Of a stretch of 64,000 bases of DNA, positions 36,958 to 46,402 are shown piece by piece. Numbering within the stretch: position 1 is the first letter of the stretch; each line of letters begins with the position of its first letter. This DNA is from Deltaproteobacteria bacterium. GTDB lineage: Bacteria; Myxococcota_A; Polyangia; Polyangiales; Houyiibacteriaceae. A program made the translations under genes and the position numbers. The notes under the pieces are model-generated. The model worked only from the letters and a program-made list of their open reading frames with translations. It was not told where the DNA came from and did no database searches. The stretch lies in contig JAADHO010000094.1 in the NCBI GenBank assembly GCA_013151775.1, forward strand, positions 2,235 to 66,234, given 5' to 3'.

Positions 36958-37530
36958 ATGGCCGATGATGGTGATGGGGAGTCGACTGGAACCGGCGGGA
37001 AGAAGTCTGGGCTCAGCTGTCTGCTGATCGGCGCCGGTCTCGCCGTGGGAGGCGTCTGCATCATCGGCATTCTGGCGGCCATCGCCATCCCCGCGTTCAT
37101 CAACTATGTGAAGCGCAGCAAGACCACCGAGACGGGTTCGAATCTGCACGTGCTAGCCGCTGGCGCGGCCGTCTACTACGCCGAGGAGCACGTCAGCGTA
37201 GATGGCACGATCCTGGCCCATTGCAGCGTCGATCCGGCGATCACGCCGGACACCCCAGGTCCGGCCAAGAGGTCGCTGTCTGGGCGTTGGCCCGAGTCCT
37301 TCGTCGCCCTCAGCCTGACACCTCCCGATCCTCTCTACTACCGCTACGAGATCGTCGCTGGCCCGAGCCGCTGTGGCATAGGCCCGGACCAGCCCATCTA
37401 CACCTTCCGGGCGCATGGCGACCTCGACGGAGACGGCGTGCTCAGCACCTTCGAGATCTCCGTGGGTAGCGACGCCACCAACGAAATCTACAGCGCGCCC
37501 GGCATCTACGTGGAGCAAGAGCTCGAGTAG
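36958..37530 (+). CDS. Pilin-like protein lacking a canonical prepilin leader (paralogue 1)
   Basis: It contains the distal half of the type IV pilin alpha1 helix (GILAAIAIPAFINYVKRSKTTE). However, that helix is preceded by a 25-aa Gly/Lys-rich cytoplasmic segment and a TM stretch, not G/FTLIE. The C-terminal part has the myxobacterial pilin-like GDLDGDGVLSTF motif. Confidence 0.7.
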   Translation: MADDGDGESTGTGGKKSGLSCLLIGAGLAVGGVCIIGILAAIAIPAFINYVKRSKTTETGSNLHVLAAGAAVYYAEEHVSVDGTILAHCSVDPAITPDTPGPAKRSLSGRWPESFVALSLTPPDPLYYRYEIVAGPSRCGIGPDQPIYTFRAHGDLDGDGVLSTFEISVGSDATNEIYSAPGIYVEQELE

Positions 37531-37554
37531 GCTCCTGCGTGCGGGCTCAGCGCG

Positions 37555-38175
37555 CTACTCGGTCGGCTCGGAGCCGGCGGGTTCGGACGACGTCTCCGGC
37601 TGCACGACGGGGAGGAAGAGCCGTCCGACGGCGAGCTCGACCTCGGTGAAGGGCGGAACACGGGCCGTGGCCGTGTCGTCGTAGGCGCCGATTCGTAGCC
37701 AATCGCCTTCCTTCAGCGCGTAGGCCTCGAGGATGCGCGCCTCCGGGTCGACCAGCCAGTAGTGGCCGACGCCCGAGTCCGCGTAGAGGTTGCTCTTGTC
37801 CACGCGGTCGCGCCTCGCGCTGGTCGGGCTGAGGATCTCACAGATCCAATCCGGCACGACGTCGATCGGGCGCAGCATGCCAGGATCGGCCAGGCGATCG
37901 CGACGCCAGCCGGCGAGGTCCGGGCGCACCACGTTGTGGAGGTTCAGGCGCACATCGACCTCTGGGAAGATCCACCAGCCCCCGGGGCCACCGAAGCCGT
38001 CGTCGTCGTCGTAGGGTCCTCCCACGACGCGACCCAAGAAGCGCTGCGCCTTGGCGTGTCGAGGCAGCGGCGCGGGCGCCGTGATCACGGCGCCGTGGAT
38101 CAGCTCCACCCGCGCATCCTCGGGGTAGGCGAGCAGATCCTCGTAGGTGCCGAGCTTTTGCGCTAGCGGGGCCAC
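37555..38175 (-). CDS. Uma2-family (DUF820) endonuclease
   Basis: PD-(D/E)xK core region VRPDLAGW...PDWICEILSPTSARRDRVDKSNLYADSGVGHYWLVDPE, typical of Uma2. Confidence 0.8.
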   Translation of the reverse strand: MAPLAQKLGTYEDLLAYPEDARVELIHGAVITAPAPLPRHAKAQRFLGRVVGGPYDDDDGFGGPGGWWIFPEVDVRLNLHNVVRPDLAGWRRDRLADPGMLRPIDVVPDWICEILSPTSARRDRVDKSNLYADSGVGHYWLVDPEARILEAYALKEGDWLRIGAYDDTATARVPPFTEVELAVGRLFLPVVQPETSSEPAGSEPTE

Positions 38176-38255
38176 GCCTCAGCATAGCATCCGGGGTCAG
38201 GCTGACCCAACGGACCGGGCCGGGTCACGACTTCGCCGCCAGCGAGCTGACGCAG

Positions 38256-38867
38256 ATGGCGAGAGGCTGGTACCTTGCCCGCATGGCCAACCGGGGTGAT
38301 GGATCAGGGGCGAATTCGGACACGACCGGCAAGAAACGTATCTCTTGCTCGATCATCGCGCTGGTGCTCGTTGCAGGTGGGATCTGTGTCGTCCCGGTTC
38401 TTGGCGTCGTCGCCGCCGTCGCGATCCCAGCGTTCATCAACTTCACGAAGCGAAGCAAGACGTCCGAGGCGGGACCGAACTTGCGCATGATGTACGAAGG
38501 CGCAGCCACCTATTACATGGCGGAGCACGTGTCGCGTGACGGTAGCGTGCTGCGACACTGCACGGTGGACCCCGCGACCACGCCCGCCACGCCCACGAAT
38601 GGGCGCGTGTCCCTCTCCGGACGTTGGCCCGAGAGCTTCGTCGCCATCGACATGACGCCGCCCGATCCGCTCTACTTCCAATACGCGATCGTGGGCGCCC
38701 CGAGTCGCTGTGGAGTCGGACCCGACGAGGCCGTCTACACCTTCCAAGCGCACGGTGATCTAGATGCAGATGGCGTCCTCAGCACCTTCGAGTACTCCGT
38801 CGAAAGCAACAGCAGCAACGAACTCTATCGTTCCGTGGGTCTGTATGTGGTGAACGAACTCGAGTAG
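38256..38867 (+). CDS. Pilin-like protein lacking a canonical prepilin leader (paralogue 2)
   Basis: Same architecture as 36958-37530 (VVAAVAIPAFINFTKRSKTSE; SLSGRWPESFVA..TPPDPLY; AHGDLDADGVLSTFE; C-terminal ELE). The start may be the internal Met at 38283. Confidence 0.7.
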   Translation: MARGWYLARMANRGDGSGANSDTTGKKRISCSIIALVLVAGGICVVPVLGVVAAVAIPAFINFTKRSKTSEAGPNLRMMYEGAATYYMAEHVSRDGSVLRHCTVDPATTPATPTNGRVSLSGRWPESFVAIDMTPPDPLYFQYAIVGAPSRCGVGPDEAVYTFQAHGDLDADGVLSTFEYSVESNSSNELYRSVGLYVVNELE

Positions 38868-38890
38868 GTCGGTGCGGACTCGATCGCGCT

Positions 38891-39130
38891 TCATCCGTTG
38901 CGAATCGCGCGGAGCTTCGCTTCGACCTCGTCCCACGAGACGGGCTTGACCGCGCCGGACTCGACCTCCGCGATCCGGCGACCGATCTCGGCCTTCCATG
39001 CGGGGCTGAGGTCGACTCTGTCGAGCGCGTCGGCGTCGAGACTATGACTCAAGACCTCGACGAGGTGGCGCCGCTCGTCCTCCGGGAGCGAGAGGGCGTC
39101 TTCGAGGATCTTCTCGGCGGCGTCGGTCAC
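38891..39130 (-). CDS. Addiction-module antitoxin-like protein (TIGR02574-type), no adjacent toxin
   Basis: A 79-aa protein with LPEDERRHLVE.L..SL...SPAWKAEIGRRIAEVESG.VKPVSWDEV, the pattern of the putative addiction module component family. Confidence 0.7.
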   Translation of the reverse strand: MTDAAEKILEDALSLPEDERRHLVEVLSHSLDADALDRVDLSPAWKAEIGRRIAEVESGAVKPVSWDEVEAKLRAIRNG

Positions 39131-39283
39131 GACCCCAAGTCTACGTCTCCGTGGAGCCCTGGGCTACCGCTGTCCGGGCCTCACCCAGGGTCCATACGCG
39201 TCATCGCCGCTCGCGAGTCAGACGGTACGGCGGCGTTCAGGGAGACTTGGCCTGCGGTGCTGCGCCGGGATAGCGTCCACGCC

Positions 39284-40921
39284 ATGGCGCGCGTTCAACT
39301 CCCTCAGCTCGAAGAGAGGCCCGATCCGCTCTTCTACGAGACTCGCTCGATCTGTCCTGACTGCGAAGAGCTCGTGCCCGCGCGCATCGTCGAGCGGGAC
39401 GGGAAGGTGCTCGTCCGGCGCAGCTGCGAGACGCATGGCGTGTTCGAAGGACTCGTGTGTTCCGACCTCGACTGGTGGCGATGGTTGCCGAAGTTCGACG
39501 TGGAGGGGCTAAGGCCCAAGGCGCCGCTGCGTGGCGTGGAGAAGGGCTGCCCCGAAGACTGCGGGCTGTGTGCAGCACACCGACAGATCGCGGGTACGGC
39601 CGCCATCGAGATCTCGAACGACTGCAACGCCGCCTGTCCCAGCTGTGTCGCGGACAACCAGAGCACCTTCTTCCTCTCCGTGGAGGAGGTCGTCACGGCC
39701 CTCGAGGCGCTGCTCGAGCAGCAGGACGAGATCGACGTGCTCGCCCTCTCGGGTGGAGAGCCCACGACGCATCCACAGCTCTTCGAGATCATCGCGGCGC
39801 TCCATCGTCCGGAGGTGGGTCGCGTCGTGGTCAACACGAACGGTCTGCGGATCGCGCGAGACGACGCCTTCCTGGATCGCCTCGCCGAGTTCTCGAACGT
39901 CTACGTCAGCCTGCACTTCGACGGCGACGGCGCCAAGAGCCTGCGTGGCATTCCGCGTGAGACGCAGGAGCTCGCCCTCGACCGCCTCTGCCGCTGGGGC
40001 ATCCCGGTCGTCCCCGTCGTGCTCGCCGCACAGGGCGTCAACGACCACGAGCTAGGCGCCCTCGTCACGCGCCTGCTGACCTACTCTCCGCAGGTGCGCT
40101 CCGTGATCATCTCGATGATGACGTACGCGGGTCGGGGCGGCTCTGCGTTTCCCGGCGATCCGCTGAACCGCTTGACGATCCCGGGCGCCCTCGACGCCAT
40201 GGAGGCCTCTGCTGGGGGCTCCCTACGGCGACACGACTTCATGCCGCTTCCGATGCCCAACCCGATGTGCGCCGCGCTCGGATACTTCTTGACCCTCGAC
40301 GAAGAGATCACGCCGCTGATCCCGCTGCTGCCTCTGGAGCGAGTGATCGACTACACGAAGAACTCCAACTTCGGAAAAGTCGACGCCGAGCTCGAGGCGC
40401 TGATCCGCGAAGCCATCGACGGTGTCTACGCCAACCCGGACGCACACGAGGATTCACAGCGACTCCTGGGCAAGTTTCGCAAGCTCATCGACACGCTCTT
40501 CCCCGAATCGGGCGCGATCGAACATGTGGAGCGACGACAGCTCGCCGAGCAGAACCTGAAGACGGTCTACCTGATGCAGTTCATGGACGCCTGGAGCTTC
40601 GACGCCGCGCGCCTCTCGAAGTGCAGCTGTCAGCACCTCTTGCCCGAAGGCGAGATCATCCCGAGCTGCGGTTATTACACGCTCCACCGGCAGGAAGATC
40701 CGCGCTTCTCGCAAGCGTCCGATCTGGTCGAGCTGGGTGCACCGCACACACCGTCGGCGTCGAAGAGGCAGGTGCCCGCGGCGCAGGACAAGTCCAGCGC
40801 CCTACGGCGTGAAGAGGCCACCGCCCTACGGCGTGAAGACACCAGCGCCCTACGGCGTGAAGACACCAGCGCCCTACGGCGTGAAGGAAGCGGCGCAGTC
40901 GTCGGCAAGGAGGGCGCATGA
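39284..40921 (+). CDS. Radical SAM enzyme, class-D/MJ0619/Tes-like layout (paralogue 1) with repeat tail
   Basis: Motifs in order:
- N-terminal ribbon CPDC...CETHG
- auxiliary cluster motif GCPEDCGLCAAH
- radical-SAM CNAACPSC (CxxxCxxC)
- LSGGEPTTHP
- C-terminal FMDAWSFDAARLSKCSCQHLLPEGEIIPSCGYY

The start is the ATG at 39284 (MARVQLPQLEE...). Confidence 0.88.
   Translation: MARVQLPQLEERPDPLFYETRSICPDCEELVPARIVERDGKVLVRRSCETHGVFEGLVCSDLDWWRWLPKFDVEGLRPKAPLRGVEKGCPEDCGLCAAHRQIAGTAAIEISNDCNAACPSCVADNQSTFFLSVEEVVTALEALLEQQDEIDVLALSGGEPTTHPQLFEIIAALHRPEVGRVVVNTNGLRIARDDAFLDRLAEFSNVYVSLHFDGDGAKSLRGIPRETQELALDRLCRWGIPVVPVVLAAQGVNDHELGALVTRLLTYSPQVRSVIISMMTYAGRGGSAFPGDPLNRLTIPGALDAMEASAGGSLRRHDFMPLPMPNPMCAALGYFLTLDEEITPLIPLLPLERVIDYTKNSNFGKVDAELEALIREAIDGVYANPDAHEDSQRLLGKFRKLIDTLFPESGAIEHVERRQLAEQNLKTVYLMQFMDAWSFDAARLSKCSCQHLLPEGEIIPSCGYYTLHRQEDPRFSQASDLVELGAPHTPSASKRQVPAAQDKSSALRREEATALRREDTSALRREDTSALRREGSGAVVGKEGA
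40799..40894 (+). repeat. 24-bp tandem repeat (about 4 units) inside the 3' end of the first radical-SAM gene
   Basis: Units are GCCCTACGGCGTGAAGAGGCCACC (40799-40822), GCCCTACGGCGTGAAGACACCAGC (40823-40846 and 40847-40870, identical), and a diverged fourth copy (40871-40894). The repeat encodes ALRRE(E/D)(A/T)(T/S) octapeptides. Confidence 0.92.
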
Positions 40922-42417
40922 CCGGCGACTGCATCGTCTGCGCTCCGGGTGAGCGCGCCTCCGCGGAGCACGTCTACTACGGCTCCACCAAGAGCCTCTG
41001 CGCCGAGTGCAAGCGCACGGTGGAGGCGAAGATCCTCTTCCGCTCGGAGCGGGTCTGGCTCGAGAAGTTCTGCCCCGAGCACGGCCATCAGGAGTGCATG
41101 ATCTCCTCCACCGTCGATTGGTATCTCGACAGCCTCGAGTTCCTGGCCGCGGAGACGCCACCAGGCGGCGATCTGCGCCCCGTGGAGGCGGGCTGTCCCC
41201 ACGACTGCGGACCCTGCGTGGCACATCGGCAGCGCGTGGTCTTGCCGGTGATCCCCATCACCTCGGCGTGCAATCTGGACTGCCCCATCTGCTACACGGT
41301 GAACCGAAACGAAGACGCCTTCATGCTCGCCCCCGAGGCCTTCTCGGGCATCCTCGACGCGCTGAAGGCGGCCGACGACGAGCTCGACATCATCAATTTC
41401 ACAGGTGGCGAGCCGACCCTGCACCCCGAGCTTCCGGAGCTGCTGCGCCTCGCGCGGGAGGCGGGGATTCAGCGCGTCACGATCTCCACGAACGGGCTGA
41501 AGCTCAAGGACGAGGCGCTGCTCCTCGCCTTGGCCGAACATGACGCGCGCATCGTGCTCTCCCTCGACACCTTGGATCCCGAGATCGACCGACGGCTGCT
41601 CGGCGCCAACACCGTGAAGACCAAGCTCGAGCTCTTGGACTCCCTCGAGCAACACGACGTCACGACGACCCTGCTGCCGGCGGTGGCCGCGGGCCTCAAC
41701 GACAAGGACGTGCCCAAGCTCTTCGACCTGATGCTCGAGCGCCCGAACATCTGCTCCCTCGAGCTGCACACGCTCACCTTCACGGGCCAAGGCGGCGTCG
41801 ACTTCGATCGCGCGGCGCGCATCACCGTGCCGGACCTTCACCGCGTCCTCGAAGACTCGACGCAGGGCAAGATCTGCGCGCGTGACTTCGTGCCCTCGCC
41901 CCTCGCCCATCCGCACTGCTACTCGATCTGCTACCTGCTGATGCTCGACGGTGGCGGCTACCTGCCCTTCACGCGCTTCATGAGCCGCGAGCGCCTCTAC
42001 GATCTGCTCGGCGACTCCCTCTACATCGAACCGCACGCCAAGGCCGAGGAGGTGCTCGGAGAAGCCCTCGACGAGCTCTGGGCCGATCCGGATCCCATCC
42101 CCGAGGCGCAGGCCGTGATGGCCACGCTGAAGCGCTTGCTGCGAGAGATGTTCCCGAGCCCGGCGCTGCCCCTGAGGGAGCGGCAGCACATCGCCGAGCG
42201 CCTGACCAAGGCGATCTACATCCACTCCCACATGGACGAGGAGAGCTTCGACGTGGCCCGCATCATGAAGTGCGGCATCGGCGTGCCCGAGGCGGATGGC
42301 AGCAACATCCCGACCTGTGCCTACAACGTGCTCTATCGCGAGAAGGATCCACGCTTCTCCCACGCCGGCGCCGACCTGCTCGCCATGTCGAGCCTGGTGC
42401 GCGAGGCTTCGACATGA
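40918..42417 (+). CDS. Radical SAM enzyme, class-D/MJ0619/Tes-like layout (paralogue 2)
   Basis: ATGA overlap with the upstream stop. Motifs: CAEC...CPEHG, GCPHDCGPCVAH, CNLDCPIC, FTGGEPTLHP, HMDEESFDVARIMKCGIGVPEADGSNIPTCAYN. Confidence 0.88.
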   Translation: MTGDCIVCAPGERASAEHVYYGSTKSLCAECKRTVEAKILFRSERVWLEKFCPEHGHQECMISSTVDWYLDSLEFLAAETPPGGDLRPVEAGCPHDCGPCVAHRQRVVLPVIPITSACNLDCPICYTVNRNEDAFMLAPEAFSGILDALKAADDELDIINFTGGEPTLHPELPELLRLAREAGIQRVTISTNGLKLKDEALLLALAEHDARIVLSLDTLDPEIDRRLLGANTVKTKLELLDSLEQHDVTTTLLPAVAAGLNDKDVPKLFDLMLERPNICSLELHTLTFTGQGGVDFDRAARITVPDLHRVLEDSTQGKICARDFVPSPLAHPHCYSICYLLMLDGGGYLPFTRFMSRERLYDLLGDSLYIEPHAKAEEVLGEALDELWADPDPIPEAQAVMATLKRLLREMFPSPALPLRERQHIAERLTKAIYIHSHMDEESFDVARIMKCGIGVPEADGSNIPTCAYNVLYREKDPRFSHAGADLLAMSSLVREAST

Positions 42418-43855
42418 ACGCACGCGCGGACACGCCCATCCGAATCCCCCAGGGCGAGGTCTTCCACTCCCTCAGCCGCAGCCTCTGCCCCGAGTGCCAC
42501 GAGGTCGTCGACGGTCAGCGCCTGATCCGCGACGCCAAGGTCTACCTGCGCAAGTTCTGTCCAGAGCATGGCGTCTCCGAGGCCTTGATCAGCGGTGACG
42601 CGGAGTGGTGGCTGCGCTCCCTGCGCTTCGCCCGCGCAGGCTCCGTTCCTCTCGCGCTGTCGACCGAGGTCTCGGAGGGCTGCCCGAGCGACTGTGGGCT
42701 CTGCCCGGATCACGAGCAACACTCGTGCCTGCCGATCATCGAGATCACCGACCACTGCGACCTCGACTGCCCCATCTGCCTGGTGCAGAACGAACACAGC
42801 TATCAGCTCAGCCGCGAGCAGTTCGCGAACATCCTCGATGGCCTGATCGAGAAGGAAGGCAGCCTCGAGACGATCAACCTCTCGGGAGGCGAGCCGACGC
42901 TGCATCCCGAATTCCTCGAGCTCTTGGACATGGCCTTGGCGCGACCCGAGATCTCCCGCGTGTCGGTCTCGACCCACGGGCTGCGCCTCGCGAGCGACTA
43001 CGACCTCTGCGAGCAGCTCGCGGAGCGCGGCGTCTACGTGAGCCTTCAGCTCGACGCGAGACAGAAGGGCGCGCTCTCCGTCCTGCGTGGCAGCGGCGAT
43101 CACCTGAACGCGCGCGAGCGAGCGCTGACGAATCTCGAGCGCGCGGGTGTGCGCACGACCCTCGTGGCGACCTTGGCGCGGGGCGTGAACGAGGAGCACC
43201 TCAGCGACTGCATCGACCTACTCTACGAGAAGGACTTCATCCTCTCCCTGATGTTCCAACCCGCAGCCTACGTGGGCCAAGGCGGAGCGAAGTTCAGCCC
43301 CCACGATCCCCTCGACGTGCTGACGATCCCGGACGTCGTGAAGTTGATCGCCGAGCAGAGCCGAGGTCGCCTGCGTGCGGACGATTTCCTGCCCCTGCCC
43401 TGCTCCCATCCGAGCTGCTTCGCCCTCACCTACCTGCTCTCCTCCGGCGACTCCTTCGTGCCCTTCCCGCGCTTCATCGACATGGATCGCTACCTTCGGC
43501 TGATCAGCAACCGCGGCACCATTCGCCCCGACGAGGAGTTCGAGGACGCCATCCGCGACACCATCGACGAGATGTGGAGCAGCTCCGCGCAGGTGCCCGA
43601 CAGCGACAAGATCCTGCGGACGCTGAAGAAGGCGATCATGCAGATGTACCCGGAGGATCGCGCCGTCGCTCTGAAGCAGAGGCTGCGCATCGGCGAGGGG
43701 CTCGCGAAGACCATCTTCATCCACGCCTTCATGGACGCGCACACCTTCGAGCTCGAGCGCATCAAGAAGTGCTGCACGCACTACGCCCTGCCGGATGGCA
43801 GGCTGATGCCGGGCTGCGCCTACAACAACATCCACCGCGGCAAGGAGACATCGCC

Positions 43856-43859
<4 letters not shown>
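42414..43859 (+). CDS. Radical SAM enzyme, class-D/MJ0619/Tes-like layout (paralogue 3)
   Basis: ATGA overlap with the upstream stop. Motifs: CPEC...CPEHG, GCPSDCGLCPDH, CDLDCPIC, LSGGEPTLHP, FMDAHTFELERIKKCCTHYALPDGRLMPGCAYN. Confidence 0.88.
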
Positions 43860-44592
<733 letters not shown>

Positions 44593-44596
<4 letters not shown>

Positions 44597-45324
44597 TGGC
44601 GAAGCGCTGCATCGTGCTCGGAGGTTCGGGTCATGTGGGTCAGGCCATCTGCCGCGCCTTGAGCGCCCGTGGCGCACGCGTCGGCTTCACGTATCACCAA
44701 GGCGAAGAGCTCGCGGCGCAGCTCTGCGCAGAGCTCCCGGACGCCACCTCGCAGCGCCTCGACCTCACTCGCGAGGACGAGATCGCACCCGCCATGGACG
44801 CTCTGCTCGAGGCCCTCGATGGCGTCGACGCCTTCGTCCACGCCGCGAGCTTGGTGTCCACCAACGAGCCCCCCGAGCACGAGAAGCTCGCGAGGCTCTC
44901 CGCGGGAGGCTGGGATCGTCTGATGGCCGTGAACCTCAAGGGTCCCGCCTTGGCCTGTCAGCACCTCGCGCCGCACTTCGGCGACGGCGGCGGCAACCTC
45001 GTCTTCGTCGGCTCCACGGATGGCGTGAAGCCCGTGCCCACGCCCGTCGCCTACGGCGCCTCGAAGGCGGCGCTGAGTGGTCTCGTGCGCGCTCTCGCCA
45101 AAGAGCTGGGCGCCCGCAAAATCCTGGCCAACGTGGTCGCCCCCGGCGTGCTCGAAGGAGGCCTGTCTCGGACTCTGCCCGACGAGCTGCGACAAGAGTT
45201 CATCAAGCACAGCGCCCTCGGTCGCCTGGGAACGCGCGAAGAGGTGGCGAAGCTGGTGACCTTCCTGGCGCTGGACAACAGCTACCTCACGGCGCGCACA
45301 ATCGTGGTGGACGGAGGTCTCTAG
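44593..45324 (+). CDS. SDR-family oxidoreductase (second, divergent)
   Basis: Overlaps the upstream stop. Glycine motif GGSGHVGQAI, catalytic YGASKAA, and C-terminal TARTIVVDGG. Confidence 0.85.
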
Positions 45325-45326
45325 CG

Positions 45327-45935
45327 ATGTCTCCGGCCAAGGAGAGACCGGTCGAGTCGCGGCCGTCGGTGCGAGCGATGGGCCTGGTGGCTCTCGCCAT
45401 CTGGCTGGCGCACGGCGCCGACTTGGCGTCGCGCGGTGAGGCCATCGATCTGCTCTGGATCTGCAACATGGGCGCGCTCCTGCTGACCCTGGGCTGCCTC
45501 TTCAGGCAGCGCATCGTGCTCGCAGTCGGCCTGCTCTGGATGCTGCCTGGAGAGCTCTTCTGGACTCTGGACATGCTCACGGGCGGAGAGATCCTCGTCA
45601 GCTCCTTCGCGCTGCATCTGGTCATTCCCGTGCTCGGCTTCTTGACGATTCGCCGCGTCGGCTGGCCCACGGGCGCGTGGTGGGTCGCGAGCCTCAGCCT
45701 GCTGCCCCTCGCCCTTCTCACGCACGTCGCGAGCCCGGAGAGCCGCAACATCAACTTGGCGTTCCACATCGAAGAGGGCTGGGAAGGTGTCTTCCCGAGC
45801 TTCCCCATCTACGCCGCTGTGGTCGTCGGATCGAACGTCATTCTCTATCGCCTGCTCTCGCCTCTGATTGTGCATTTCGCGAGCGGGACCGAGAGCGAAC
45901 CACCTGGTCAGAAGGAACGATCATGCGCTACGTGA
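45327..45935 (+). CDS. Small polytopic membrane protein, unknown function
   Basis: It starts 2 nt after the SDR stop. There are five to six hydrophobic helices (e.g. MGLVALAIWLAHG, LWICNMGALLLTLGCLF, VLAVGLLWMLPG, LHLVIPVLGFLTI, WWVASLSLLPLALL). No family recognised. Confidence 0.6.
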   Translation: MSPAKERPVESRPSVRAMGLVALAIWLAHGADLASRGEAIDLLWICNMGALLLTLGCLFRQRIVLAVGLLWMLPGELFWTLDMLTGGEILVSSFALHLVIPVLGFLTIRRVGWPTGAWWVASLSLLPLALLTHVASPESRNINLAFHIEEGWEGVFPSFPIYAAVVVGSNVILYRLLSPLIVHFASGTESEPPGQKERSCAT

Positions 45936-46402
45936 TGCTCGACAAGGTGACGGAGCTCGTCGTCGGTGAGCGCGCGCGCGGGATCAAATGCGTGACCCTC
46001 AGCGACGACGTCCTGCATGACCACTTTCCGGGCTACCCCGTGCTCCCGGGCGTGCTCGTGATCGAAGCCGCAGCTCAGCTCGCGGGCTTCTTGCTCGAGT
46101 GCTCGAATCCGCCGATCGCGGGTGAGACGCAGCGCCGCGCCGTGCTCGCGCAGATCGACAAGACGAAGTTCTACGCCCCGAGTCAGCCCGGGGATCGCAT
46201 CGAGCTGGCGGCGAAGATCACGGGCGCGCTCGATGGCGCCGCGCGCGTCGTAGTCGAAGCGAGCGTCGAAGGGAGACGCGTGATGCGTGGACAGCTCACC
46301 TTCATGCTGCGCCTGATCGACTCGGAGCTGGTTCACGCACAGCGACGAGACCTCTACCGCATCTGGACCCGTGGACTCGAGCAGGAGATCCGCATCCCAT
46401 GA
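45923..46402 (+). CDS. FabZ/FabA-like 3-hydroxyacyl-ACP dehydratase (hot-dog fold)
   Basis: HFPGYPVLPGVLVIEAAAQLAGFLL contains the catalytic His and the FabZ signature. The start overlaps the membrane-protein gene by 13 nt. Confidence 0.85.
   Translation: MRYVMLDKVTELVVGERARGIKCVTLSDDVLHDHFPGYPVLPGVLVIEAAAQLAGFLLECSNPPIAGETQRRAVLAQIDKTKFYAPSQPGDRIELAAKITGALDGAARVVVEASVEGRRVMRGQLTFMLRLIDSELVHAQRRDLYRIWTRGLEQEIRIP

Noticed and set aside
39248-39263. Sigma-54-like sequence TGGCCTGCGGTGCTGC upstream of the radical-SAM operon
   Set aside because: The GG/GC spacing is off by one. The -12 element (CTGC) is poor. It lies only about 20 nt from the start codon. I do not call it a promoter.
40799-40894. 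Possible CRISPR-like array, because of regularly spaced identical 24-mers
   Set aside because: The units are directly adjacent, with no spacers. They lie in frame inside a coding sequence, and no cas genes are nearby. It is a coding tandem repeat.
40675-42423. 582-aa minus-strand ORF across the second radical-SAM gene
   Set aside because: It is antisense to a gene with CxxxCxxC and GGEPT motifs. It is a shadow ORF.
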